Shown piece by piece: positions 1 to 13,100 of a stretch of DNA of 64,000 nt (the first letter of the stretch is position 1; each line of letters starts with the position of its first letter). Source of the DNA: Bugula neritina (Eukaryota; Animalia; Bryozoa). The notes beneath the pieces were generated by a model. The model did not search any database. It saw only the letters and a program-made list of their open reading frames with translations, and was not told the DNA's origin. The position numbers and the translations under genes are program-made. Location: assembly GCA_964035545.1 (NCBI GenBank), contig OZ037770.1, positions 15,180,642-15,244,641 of the forward strand. Reading direction: 5' to 3'.

Positions 1-286
1 TCACTGTCAGGAAACTGTCAATTACTTTGTGTCACTGGCAGGTACCTGTCAACATTTTTCAGCTGGTTGCAGCTGGTTGAAGTGTTGTCTGCTTACAAAC
101 ACTATATAACATCCTTTGTAACTACTAGTATATGTTTTAAAAATATATAAGATATTTATGGTACAGTAGAATGAAAGATGCTTGGCTCACTCTTAACATA
201 GCATCTCAACAAGATCTACAAATGTGACATAATGCGCCAATAGGTTTATCATGTATGTTGTAAGATGATCATAATTTAATTTTTAG

Positions 287-3200
287 TTTTAAGGCTGAAG
301 TCACAGGGACCCGCTGACCAAATCCTTCAGAGCGATGAAGACAGGTTTAACACTCCATGGCCTAAGATAAAAGGACTACTTCAACTTCACTCTGACAATC
401 ACCAAGGTAACTGCTGGTATATTACCTATTAGCAGTTATCTCCCTTGTCCGCAGCTACTCATCTGCAGTTTATCTTTGATTTGTTTAGCAAACATTGCAT
501 TCTTCATGACTAATGCTGCTATTGCAGGTCAATTTTTTTCTAGAATGTTCCCTCTTTTGGATGTAAGCTAATAGATGATCTGAATGTTTGTAGGGCAGTG
601 CTTTTTATTAGCCAATCATATCACGTTAGCTAGTCACTGATCTGCTGTATACTATAAATATATTTCATGCCCCCTCTTTCTTCACTCTTGTAACAATGAT
701 GTCTTACTTCACTCACTCTATTCACAATGATCTCTACTTCCACTCACGTTATTCACAATGATCTCTACGTCCACTCACTCAACTCATAATGATATCCACT
801 CACTCTATTCACAATGATATCTATAACTGCACAGTCTCAGATTGCTTCTTCCTGATTTTTTGTAGAAGCCGACACAATTTTAGCAGATTATCTCTACACC
901 AAAGTGAGAATCCTCTGTTTGATTATGACCTCACCTAGCAACCTTCAAAAGAAAGCAATACACGTTTATGAAGCGTGGGCTCACAAGTGTAATGTAGTGA
1001 TATTTGTTAGCAGTCAAGAGAACAATGCTTTTCCAGCACCAGTCATAAGTGAGTGTTAGTGAGTGAGAGAGTGAGTGAATAATAGTATAAGTGTTAGTGT
1101 GAGTGAGTTGGTGAAATAGTGAGTGAATGAGTGAGTAATAGTATAAGTGTTTGTGTGAGTGAGTTAGTGAGTGAATGAGTGAGTAATAGTATAAGTGTTA
1201 GCGTGAGTGAGTTAGTGAGTGAATGAGTGAATAATAGTATAAGTGTTAGTGTGAGTGAGTTAGTGAGTGAGTTAGTGAGTAATAGTATAAGTGTTAGTGT
1301 GAGTGAGTTAGTGAGTGAGTTAGTGAGTGAGTTAGTGAGTAATAGTATAAGTGTTAGTGTGAGTGAGTTAGTGAGTGAGTTAGTGAGTGAGTTAGTGAGT
1401 GAATGAGTGAGTAATAGTATAAGTGTTAGTGTGAGTGAGTTAGTGAGTGAGTTAGTGAGTGAGTGAGTTAGTGAGTGAGTTAGTGAGTGAGTTAGTGAGT
1501 GAGTAATAGTATAAGTGTTAGTGTGAGTGAGTTAGTGAGTGAGTTAGTGAGTGAGTTAGTGAGTGAGTTAGTGAGTGAGTTAGTGAGTGAGTTAGTGAGT
1601 GAGTTAGTGAGTGAGTTAGTGAGTGAGTTAGTGAGTGAGTTAGTGAGTTAGTGAGTGAGTGAGTTAGTTAGTTAGTGAGTGAGTTAGTGAGTGAGTGAGT
1701 CATTCAGCAGGGTCCATTTTCAAAAAGAATTTTTCAACAAATAAATAATGACTTGCTATTGTGGCAATTTTGTTTCAATTAAAAAGCTAATAGCTCATTG
1801 ATAATGTTATGCAATATTATATTTTATTGAATTTACTGAACAATACAGTAACAGCATCATATATGACAGATTTTCTTTATTGCAGAAGTAGAGACGGAAG
1901 AGGGAAGACAACACCTGACTGCTAAAACAATGCATGCCTTCAAATATGTATATGATAAATATTTTGATAAAGCTGATTGGTTTATGAAGGTGAAGGTCAT
2001 TTATCCATTTCCTGCCTCTATATATATTCTTTATCTACTATATACTCTGTACTAACACTACTATATACTCTGTACTAACACTACTATATACTCTGTACTA
2101 CCACTACTATATACTCTGTACTAACAATACTATATACTTTGTACTAACACTGCTACATACTCTATACTAACACTGCTATATACTCTGTACTAACACTACT
2201 ATATACTCTGTACTAACAATACTATATACTTTGTACTAACACTACTATATACTCTGTACTAACACTACTATATACTCTGTACTAACACTACTATATACTC
2301 TGTACTAACACTACTCTATACTCTGTACTAACACTACTCTATACTCTGTACTAACACTACTCTATAATCTGTACTAACACTACTATATACTCTGTACTAA
2401 CACTACCATATACTCTGTACTAACACTACTATATACTCTGTACTAACACTGCTCTATACTACACACCTTAGGCAGATGACGATAGTTTCGCCATTATGGA
2501 GAATCTCCGATATATTCTGAAAGACAAAAACCCGATGGACCCGGTGTATTATGGCCATCGGTTTAAGACGTTTGTTGGATCTAAAAGCTACTACAGTGGA
2601 AGTGAGGGAGTTGTCTAAGCATTTTACTAAGCTAGTGTGTATTGGGTTTACACAGATTGTTATTGGTGTACCTCTGTAATGTTTTACCTACCTTCAGGTG
2701 GAGGATATGTGCTGAGTAAAGAAGCACTCCAGAGGTTCGCGGAGAAGGGTTTCCATCAAAAGTGGGTCTGCAGGGAAGATGGGGGAGCTGAGGATGCTGA
2801 ATTTGGCAAGTGTAAGTTTCTCAGGCTATTTCCTGTGTAAGTTTCTCAGGCTATTTCCTGTGTAAGTTTATGTTTGCGTGTGTGTGTGCATACAATGTTA
2901 CACCTGTGTGTATACAATGTTACACCTGTGTGTATACAATGTTACACCTGTGTGTATACAATGTTATACCTGTGTGTATACAATGTTACACCTGTGTGTA
3001 TACAATGTTACAGGTATGCAGGAATTGGGTGTTCACACTGCTGATTCGTATGATGAAAACGGTGCCAGCAGGTTCTACGATTTCAAACCCCCCTCTCCTG
3101 AAATTCGCAAATACCGGAATAAGTATTTTAAGTATGTCTCTCGGGACATTACTCAAGTAAGTGCATGCCCCAAGACTACGCTATTGTTTACAGACATTGG

Positions 3201-5057
3201 AATGAAATGGGCCTGGAATTGTCAATGTAGTTTTAGCTCGTACGAATAGTGACAGTGTAACTTTTAAACCACGCCCACATGTCCCCATTCACTAAGAATC
3301 CACTGTGTATAGCCTATAAACAAAGTCTGAAAATGTATCACAGAAAGGAATGTCCACATAGTCTTGCCTACGTTACTTCTGGTGCTGGTAATTATAATGA
3401 TCAATCATCATTTCAAGGCTGTATCGATGTAGCTCCGGTATTGCCAATACTCAATTAGATCACAGGCGGGTGGCTCACGTCTTTATTATGTACGTCAGCA
3501 CTTGACTCTTTAGTCTTTGAGGTAAAATACAATGAGCACAGCAAATCTTAGCATTTGTACATAAAACTGACAGCGAGGATTTCTAGCTAAATAAAAAATA
3601 TAAAAGTTTTTTTAAATAGGATGCAAAAAGTGATTTTGAAAAGATACAGCTTTACAGTACAGTGTGATGTAATTCTTAGTGTTAGTAGTATGAGAATAAG
3701 AGTGAGTTTAATTATTGTAATATTTAGTAGTAGAGCTAGTACTAGTAGTGAAATGAGTATCACTACTACTACTACTACTAGCTTTGTATGACTAATTAGT
3801 TCTGAGATAAAAATTAAATAAATTTGAGGGACCAAGTTTAAGTTGTCACCACATATTCTTGTGTTTCATTTAATTATGTGAAGCTGTATGCATATTTCCA
3901 TTTGTATTAGTTGGTGTTAGTGGTCGTTATATGGGTTGTTGTAATTTACTCTTGTTGTCTTATGCTTATACCAACAATCACCACTGTTTGTACATACTCT
4001 GGCTTTTAGAGTGAGATGGAATTCACTGACATTAAAGAGTTATCATGACAACTAACTCTGTGTTTTTCTTACTCACCCACACTAACCACCATAAACAGTA
4101 GCAATGAGTAAGACTGCTGTGTCATCAGAAAAACCCAAATTTACTGGTGGTAGCTATTATTATCCACCTAGTTATAAAATGATAGATGCTTTATCCACAA
4201 GTTGAGTTACAATTGATGTGATCATTATGATAAGGATCACATGGCACTGGGACTGAAATTATTCAATCGTTTTCAAACACTTCGATGAAAAATTAAAAAT
4301 TAACAAATATTTTAGTTTGAAGTTCAAATTATCACTATCATAAAATTGAACTTAAAATTCAATCAGTAGAAATTATATATGGGTTATGATAGTCATAACT
4401 TGTTCCCCGCTTGCATCTGCAATGTAAGGGCTGACTAAGCCAATCTGCCAGGAAGTGACATAATAGGCTGAACTGGTAGCCATTCCAGTTACTTAATCCA
4501 TTTCAATGCATACAGCAGCAAAACCAAATTAACATTCTCGATTATTAAGAGTTAGTTGATGATGGTGTAATTGATAATGTGCTAGTTGATAATGTGCTAG
4601 TTAATAATGTGCTAGTTAATAATGTGCTAGTTGATAATGTGCTAGTTGATAATGTGCTAGTTGATAATGTGCTAGTTGATAATGTGCTAGTTGATAATGT
4701 GCTAGTTGATAATGTGATAGTTGATAATGTGCTAGTTGATAATGTGCTAGTTGATAATGTGATAGTTGGCAATGTAGTAGTTGAGTTTATTCTTTACTAG
4801 AGTGGTATAATTGGTAAAGTTAGTTCACTATACATATATGTTGTTAATATCATATTATGTTTGGTTTGCAGGGTGTAGAGAATGTTAGTGATTACCCAAT
4901 CATGTTTCACGGCATCACTCCACGGATAATGCGAAATCTGGCATGGTACACCTATCATATGAAGATTAACGGTCGTAGACAAAAGTTTTACCCTAAACTT
5001 CACGAATACTATACGTCACGTAACAACAGCATCCTCCATGCTATCACACATTCCTGA
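287..5057 (+). CDS. C1GALT1: Core 1 beta-1,3-galactosyltransferase (T-synthase)-like, tandem copy 1; 5' coding exon lies upstream of the window; divergent paralogue
   Basis: Phase-compatible GT-AG exons 287-406, 866-1048, 1886-1989, 2472-2601, 2698-2811, 3014-3156, 4872-5057. GT31 motifs KVRILCLIMT, WFMKADDDSF, GGYVLSKEAL, AEDAEFGKC. Exon structure matches copy 2. Confidence 0.88.
1049..1700. repeat. (GTGAGTGAGTTA)n-type satellite starting at a splice donor
   Basis: Begins at the GT of the intron after exon 866-1048; the shorter (GAGT)n counterpart is at 12800-12930. Confidence 0.9.
2035..2460. repeat. 23-bp minisatellite (CTACTATATACTCTGTACTAACA)n
   Basis: About 18 copies filling the intron up to the acceptor at 2471. 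Confidence 0.92.
2885..3013. repeat. 22-bp minisatellite (TACAATGTTACACCTGTGTGTA)n ending in the splice acceptor
   Basis: The last unit reads TACAATGTTACAG|G; counterpart at 14250-14377. Confidence 0.88.
4570..4785. repeat. 15-bp minisatellite (GATAATGTGCTAGTT)n
   Basis: About 14 copies; only 2-3 degenerate units at the equivalent position (14580-14625) of copy 2. Confidence 0.9.
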
Positions 5058-8000
5058 AATATCACCATATTACAATTTTATATAACCCTAAGTTTTCTGT
5101 TTGGTTTTGCATAGCCTGTGATTCCCAATGTTGATCTAATCTGTTGCTCACAAGACATATTCTCTCATATTCTCATTGCGATAACCAATCATAAGTTCTA
5201 TACCGCAGTTATTGCTTGTTTTGCTGTGTGTCATTTACTTATTTCTGTCAAAAATAAGCTGACTTATGTATTTTATTTACTAGTTGAATTTTGCTTATGA
5301 TTTCACTTTTATAATTTTAATTATCTTTTATAGTTTTAACTTTTATTGTTTCACTCCATTGTGGTGCAGCGTTTTGCCAAATCAAAAAATTGTCAATCAT
5401 TGCGAGTTGCAATCCTTAAATCTAATCATGTCTTATTTTATTGCATTTCTTAGTAATCAACATATCTTTTGTTAATATAATTTCATGAGAATATACCAAG
5501 ATATACATTCTTGCTTGTGATGTTGAGCAAAATATATTTAATATGTAAATATGTAGTCCTAGTTGTTTTCAAGGGTTTGTACTAATCAAGCTCTCACTTA
5601 TAATATAATATTAAGTAATAAAGAAAAAACAACTCCTCATTTTGAAAACGCCCTGTTGAATTAAACTATCTTTGCAAATGGACGGATTCAAATAAGTATA
5701 TTGTATGAAATTTTCAGAAAATATGTATTAGTGTTATATTAATTTCTATACAGGTAAATCAATAGGGATAAACTATTTCAGTTATATGCCAAATTTTGTA
5801 TAAACACCTTTACAAGTAGCGCAAGTAATCATGGTGTCTCCCTCATGCCGCTGGGTCATCTATTACAGCAGCAAAACATAGCTTGTTTTCATGTGTGTCT
5901 AAGTTCTAACACATTGCATTGCCATATAAGATAACCTAAGCAGCAGTGTACTAGTGCTGTGCTTATTAGCAATTTTATATTTAAATTAAATTATATTGCC
6001 GAATTATATAGAAGTTCAACTGTATAGTGGTGTGCAGTAAAATGAAAAAAAATAAATAGTCTATTATGTTAATTCCTATGTTTGCCTGAAAACACCATGT
6101 AGAAAGTTGTTTTCTCATACTAAGACTGTAGTTTTATATAATACTGAATGGGCCTTGGAATTTAAATTTTATTAAATAGCTATGTTTTATATTTAGTGTT
6201 ACAAATATAATATGATAGTAACTCCTATTAAAACTATGTGTAATAATAATCATACGTCAGCGCCTTACGAAATAGAAGTTGTCTTCTAAACAACGCAACT
6301 GTAAGACACTGTATACATGACAATAAATCGAAATTTTTACCAAACCACAAAAATTAATTTGCATATTTTGAAAAATAATTTTGCAAAAATTTAAAAACTT
6401 GTTATAATAATTTGTTGTTGTGACCGTGCGTTCACAATCACGGTAGTCGTTAGTGTTGGATTACAAGCAACATCCGCTACAATCACAAAGATGTAAATCT
6501 AATGACTTAATATTAAATTTAATTTTAATAATAACTATAATATTAATTGGATATTTATTAAAAATATTGTTCTATGTACACGAAACAGCGAATTTTTCTG
6601 TAATTCAGGTAAGGTACAAATTCAATTTTATGTGTAATTGTATACTTTGAGTTTGTTTTACTTTTAGTTCAACTTGAAGTTCAAGTTGAACTTGAAGTTG
6701 ATGATCATCATTATCATTATGAATATGATCATGATGATGATGATCGTTATTAATATTATCATCATGATGGTGATTTTTACTGTTGCTGTTTGTGTTACTG
6801 TTGGTGTTACACTTACTGTTACTTGTTTATGTTATCGCAATTGTTGCTGTTGCTGTTATTTGTTGCTGTTAGTGTTCGTGTTACTCACTTACAGTTACAC
6901 TTACTGTTAAACCTAAAGTTAATGATAATATTATTATAATTATTTGTAATCACGAGTACAGCGTCCACGGCTACCACATTCACTGTACCCATAGCAGTAG
7001 TACTGCTACTGAGAGTATTGGACTATTAGTATTACTATTATTAAGAGCAAGAGTAGTGCTAGTAGTCTAGTTCTTTTTTTCTTTAGTATTAGTACTAGTA
7101 TTAGTTAATGGTATTAGTATAACATTGACTATAAGCCATAAGGTATTGCTCTACAACATAGTTATAGTTTGAGTTATATTAATAGTAATACGTAGTCTTA
7201 TATACTTACTAAAGTGTAAAGGTTACACTTGCAGTAAAAAGTGATGACGTAATAGTAACTCATTAATGATACTTATCAGTTATCATCATTAAATTTAATC
7301 AGTATAGTTATAATTATGATTCAATTCACTTCCTTTAACTATAACCTTGAAATATAGACTTAGTGCAAATTAAGTTATTATAATAGTTATTCACTGTCAT
7401 AATCATAATAATGAAGATGAACTAAAAGTTTTACTTATTCTCGCAGTAGCATATTGATCACTTAGACTTGATAAATTTATAGTTCTTTATCTTAGTCATG
7501 CTCATAGCCATAGTTTTAACTTTTAGACTTAGTTTTGTTGATAATGTGAATGATGCTGATCAATAAACTAATATTATGACTGTTACTAAAAATAGTAGAA
7601 AAAGTTGATATTTTAATTTTATTATTCAGTATAGATGTAACTTTGAATATTTAGCGAGTCATCTCATTTTATTTAGCACATAGACATAAAGTTTCCAGAA
7701 ACAAGATGTGCAGAAAACTGAAACTTTGTAGTAAGATTAATGTTGGAATCATGTCAAACGTTACATGTATTCAGTTTTCCTCTGGTTTTGAGATCTAAAC
7801 TCAGCAAGTTGGCAAAAGCTGGAAAAATGCAATTTTTTTCATTCCAGCCACTTGAGACTTTCAACCAAATTTTGAGTTCAAGTGTCTGATTTTAACCGTT
7901 GAGCCGTTTAATATCAAAATGGTAAAATATGAAGTTTGTATTTTCACAACTAGGTTTTGTTTAGGCTTAAATGAAGTTTCTAGATTACAAAAACTTTTTT

Positions 8001-10144
8001 ATCGTTTAGTTGGACCAATTTCTTCACTTATTGTTAAAATTTGAAGTGCTAGTAGCTAGTGGTATGTAATTGAAGCATTAAATACTGTTTATTTAGTAGG
8101 CTTAAGGTATTTACCGGCTCCACCTTAGCCAGTCCATTATTAAGCCTACTACTGATACACACTTCAAGTGCTCTCAGGTCTTAATATATCTCCAGCATCT
8201 CGCCTTTCAGCTATAAAATTAAGTTAACTTTGAATTTCCCTCTTGATTTTTTAGACTTTTTAGTTGAGGCATAAAATGCATGCCAGGGTAGTTTTTAAAT
8301 AAATTCCTAATATAATTCTCTAGCTACTCGTTATCAGTACGTTAAATGTGGCTACCATTTAATAGTTGGTTGTTCTATATGGAAATAATGGCAAACAAGT
8401 TTTGTTCTCAAGAAAATTTCAACCCTTATTCCAGATCGAAACTTAAAAAATAAAAATAACTTGAGTTATTAATTTCTCTTCAAGTAACCGGTGGATTACC
8501 AACTGGCCAAGTTATTTACAGTAGTACTGCAGAGGTGATACAAGATTTGTAGTTACTTATTTCCCAATGAGTGTTGAAAACTACGAAGTATAAGAGTTAT
8601 GCTCTGTACCGGAGAGAGATAGGGCCTCACTTTAGAAAAATCAATGCCAGTATTTGTGTTTGTCATTGGTCTATTTGATAATATAATATACTTCAGTCTT
8701 TAGTATTTGCATTGCCAAATAAATTGTAAATAAAGTTCTGCACAGTAAATTAAAGAATGAATGCATACTAAGGTTATTGAATGACATTAAAGTCATTTTT
8801 GACATAATATATATTGTAATTTTATCAACAACTGCCAAATAAGCATTAGATTTCTATTCTTGCTGTGTAGCTTTGCAAATATATCTTGTATTGTCATTAA
8901 TTTACTTTTCAGCGTGACTAACAAGTTACTGCAGTAACTGTACATATGATATTTCATCATCTTCTACATCTCTTGCAATATACCCGACAAACTATTATTA
9001 TCACAGCTTGGCATTCGTCTCCACTTTGGTTACCATGGTTACGAACGGGAAACATTTTATTCCTCATGCTCTCAGGAATTTGTGTACTGCGCAGGCAGAA
9101 ACTACAGTTACTGGCTTTTATAGTTGATAGGTTAGAAGTCATGTGATTCAAATCACTTCAATTCATTCTCAGTGAGGCACTGCGATGATTTGGTCAGAGG
9201 AAAATTTTGTGTTGAAATTTTATTACTGATGTAATCTGGTGTTGAAACAAGTTTTTTTTTGTGTTAATAAGTTTCAGCTTTTGAATTTGAACTAATTTTC
9301 CAGCTTTGTGTTTTATAGTTGTCAGAAAACATGGTGAGTACAGCTACATTGATCATTTCCTGCTCTTCTTTGTCTACCCTTTTACCTCTCCTTGCACTCT
9401 ACTCAGCTAGCATGTTTGCTTGGCAGCTTTGCTTCACCCGTAACAACAAAATATGCTCTTGCGTTTTGGATATCCTGATTAATAATTGTTTGTAATGCAA
9501 TGGGGTTAGTTGGCTGAGCTAAGCATGTACAGAGTAGCACAGTAGTAGAGGAATGTCTGGCTATCATGACTAGACACCTCAATGTCGCAAGACGTTAGGT
9601 GACTGCATTTGATTTGCGTAGCTATGCATCCAGCTGATGCTTTCACTAATTGCTCTCTATTTGTCTCCACATGAAATATCCATGCTTTCATTTGTATATA
9701 TACAAATTATTATTCACTAAATTTTCACTTGCCAGTCTGTTTATTTAATTTTGAAAGTTTATTTCAGAGAAAAAGGCACTGACTTGTTTAAGAATATGAA
9801 AAAGTTGTATGGTTGAGCCACAACCCCTTAATTTTATCAAATTATAATTGATAAGTATATAAACTGGACAGTTAAACTCTAAATATACTTTATGGTTAAC
9901 TCAGCATATTCTATGTCAGCCTCTCTTCTGCTATGAACTTGAGTTTGGAGTTGTTTCTGTATGACTCCTTTCCTTCAGACTTCTAGCTGCCCTTGGTCAT
10001 GTCAGTCAGTGTTCTAGCTGCTCTACTTTTTTGTCAAATGGGAAATATCTAGCACCATTTTTGGACAATACCTAAAAATGTTTTTAATATTTCTTAATTT
10101 ATCTCTAAATAACTTGAAAAGCTATCCTCTTGTAGACAGGGACC

Positions 10145-13100
10145 ATGGCCCATCGCAATCAATTTTTCATCGGTGTCATCACAGGAGTGCTTGTCAGCAT
10201 GGGGATACTCGGTGTATTTCACACGAGGAACTCTCCCACAGATATTCAACCGTCATCTCAAGCAGGTAAGTTTGTGACTAGACAACATGTGTCAGGTGAC
10301 TGTCAACTGCCTTGTGTTACTAATATGAGACTGTCAACCACCTTATATCACTGACAGGTACCTGTCAACCTTTTGAGGCTGGTTACAGCTCATTGTAGGG
10401 TTTTCTGTTTCAATTTCCGTTTGGTGTAATTCTGTGAATAAAGTTTGCAGTTGAGCTGTAGCTGAGGTAATGGAGAGGTTTAAATATAGCATATAGCTAA
10501 ACATCCCTAACACTGGACCAAGCTCCATAAAACTGTTAAAGAAGTAAGCTATTGAATGAGCTAACTAGTCGTGGAAAATACTACCGTAGTTGTAGCCCCC
10601 CTGTTCTCTTGTTACAAATACCTGTGTTAGATTCGTCTTCTTATTAAATATCTAAAAAAGTATTATGGTGTTGGGTACAGCAAATGAAGTATATGAAAAT
10701 ATATAATAATATATTTAATAGTATAAATATGTTTTAAAACTATATAATATATTTATGTTAGTATAAAAGATGCAGAGCTAGTTTTGAGCATAGCATGTTA
10801 GCTTCAAGATCTACAAATATATGGTGTGATACATGTACATGATAAGATGATTCTTATTATTCTTTAGTGCTGAGGCTAGAATCAGAGGGAGCTGCCAACC
10901 CAATCCTTCCTGAACATGTTGGTACACAGAGCAGCAAAGGAAATGCTAACACTCCCTTGCCATTGATAGAAGGCCTACTCCCGGCCCACTCTGACAATCA
11001 CCAAGGTAACTGCTGTTATATTACCTATTAGCAGTTATCTCCCTTGTCCGCAGCTACTCATCTGCAGTTTATCTTTGATTTGTTTAGCAAACATTGCATT
11101 ATTCATGACTAATGCTGCTATTGCAGGTCAATTTTTTTCTAGAATATTCATTCTTATTTGAGCTGATGGATCTCAGCTCGGACATGGAGGCGTATAAGCT
11201 GAGGGGTAATGCTTGTAGCCAGTCACGTGAACTCAGCTTCTAACTAATCCACTAATACTCTAAACTACACGCTATTTCATGTCCCCTTTCGTGGAAACAG
11301 CACACGGTATATAACAGAATATATCCACTCGGTCAGTTTAGCTTTAGGCCCACTGTGATGTCATTCATGTCAAAGTTCTGGCTATGAATTTAGCCGATAA
11401 CGAGATTGCATTTTATTGGAATTATTTCCAACATGAATACCCAAAGTTTCAGGGAAAAAGTATAAAATGTTGAATAGAAGTTTGTGAAACCTCCTCACCA
11501 GCATAAATTCTCCTGATAATAGTTTCATGTTGGAGTAGTAGAAAGAATAATTCTTCCATGGCTAAAGGTTTATATGTTGCACCCACATATCTCCATATGG
11601 ATTAGTTATCACAAAGATTGTCCCTCTACAATACTAGGGTTACGTGTAGTCGAAGTGACTAACTTAACACTTCAGTTTTTCATTTTGACTGTAAGTATTT
11701 TGGTAGACTGTGTTAACTGCTTTGATTGGGCATACCATTAACCTCCTCACCAGCATAAATTCTCCTGATAATAGTTTCATGTTGGAGTAGTAGGAAGATA
11801 TAGAAAGAATAATTCTTCCATGGCTAAAGGTGTATATGTTACACCCACAAATCTCCATATGGATTAGTTATCACAAAGATTGTCCCTCTACAATACTAGG
11901 GTTACGTGTAGTCGAAGTGACTAACTTAACACTTCAGTTGTTCATTTTGACTGTAAGTATTTTGGTAGACTGTGTTAACTGCTTTGATTGGGCATACCAT
12001 TAACGCTTTTTGTATTATAGAGATATGCTTTTGTTTTTATAAAACTGTTGTTTACTATGAGTTTTAACAAACATACCTAGATACATTGCGAAACGTATGG
12101 TGTAAGAGTTTCCTGGTGAATACAGGTGGACCAATTGAACTATAAGTTTCAGTTCAGTGGGTGGACCAATCACTGGAAGCCATGTGTAACCAGGTGTTCT
12201 ATAGCCAATGACTCAAGAATCTACAATTGATTGCACTTTGCTTCTCCGTCTTATATAACTCTCCAGGTGGCATTTAGTTGGGTTACCAAATCCAACTTTT
12301 ATATTGAACTGTCTATATTTACCAGTTAGTATTAATTACCAGGACATTTGCTAGTCCTAAGTGTATTTGTTATTAAGCTATTTCTTGCTTTGTCTGGGTA
12401 AGAGATGTCAACAGTTCATCAGTTTGCTCTCATCTATGCTAAAATCTACTGAAATCACCACGGTATCCACTTCTCTACTTGCAGTGATATCCACTCACTC
12501 AACTCACAGTGATATCCACTCACTCAACTCACAATGATCTCTACTAACACTCACTCAACCCACAATGATGTCTATAACTGCACAGTCTCACAATTGCTTC
12601 TTCCTGATTATTGTAGAAGACGACACATCTTTAGCAGACTATCTCTACACCAAAGTGAGAATCCTTTGTTGGATTATGACTTCACCTAGCAATCTTCAAA
12701 AGAAGGCAATACACGTTTATGAAGCGTGGGCTCACAAGTGTAATGTAGTGATATTTGTTAGCAGTCAAGAGAACAATACCTTTCCAGCACCAGTCATAAG
12801 TGAGTGTTAGTGAGTGAGTGTTAGTGAGTGAGTGAGTGAGTGAGTGAGTGAGTGAGTGAGTGAGTGAGTGAGTGAGTGAGTGAGTGAGTGAGTGAGCGAG
12901 CGAGCGAGTGAGTGAGCGAGCGAGCGAGTGGTTTACTCATTCAGTAGAGTAGATTTTTTATGAGGATTTTTAAACAAATAAATAATGAATTGCTATTTTT
13001 GTAATATTGTAGTTATAGTATAAAAGTTTCATTTAAAATATCAGCAATTCATTTGTAATGGTAATATTTTTTTTGCAGAAGTAGAAACTGAAGAGGGAAG

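Noticed and set aside
4545-4800. Repetitive ORFs (STL/LVDNV), and similar ones at 2870-3160, 37600-37971, 38744-39013, 39738-39995
   Set aside because: Stop-free translations of intronic minisatellites.
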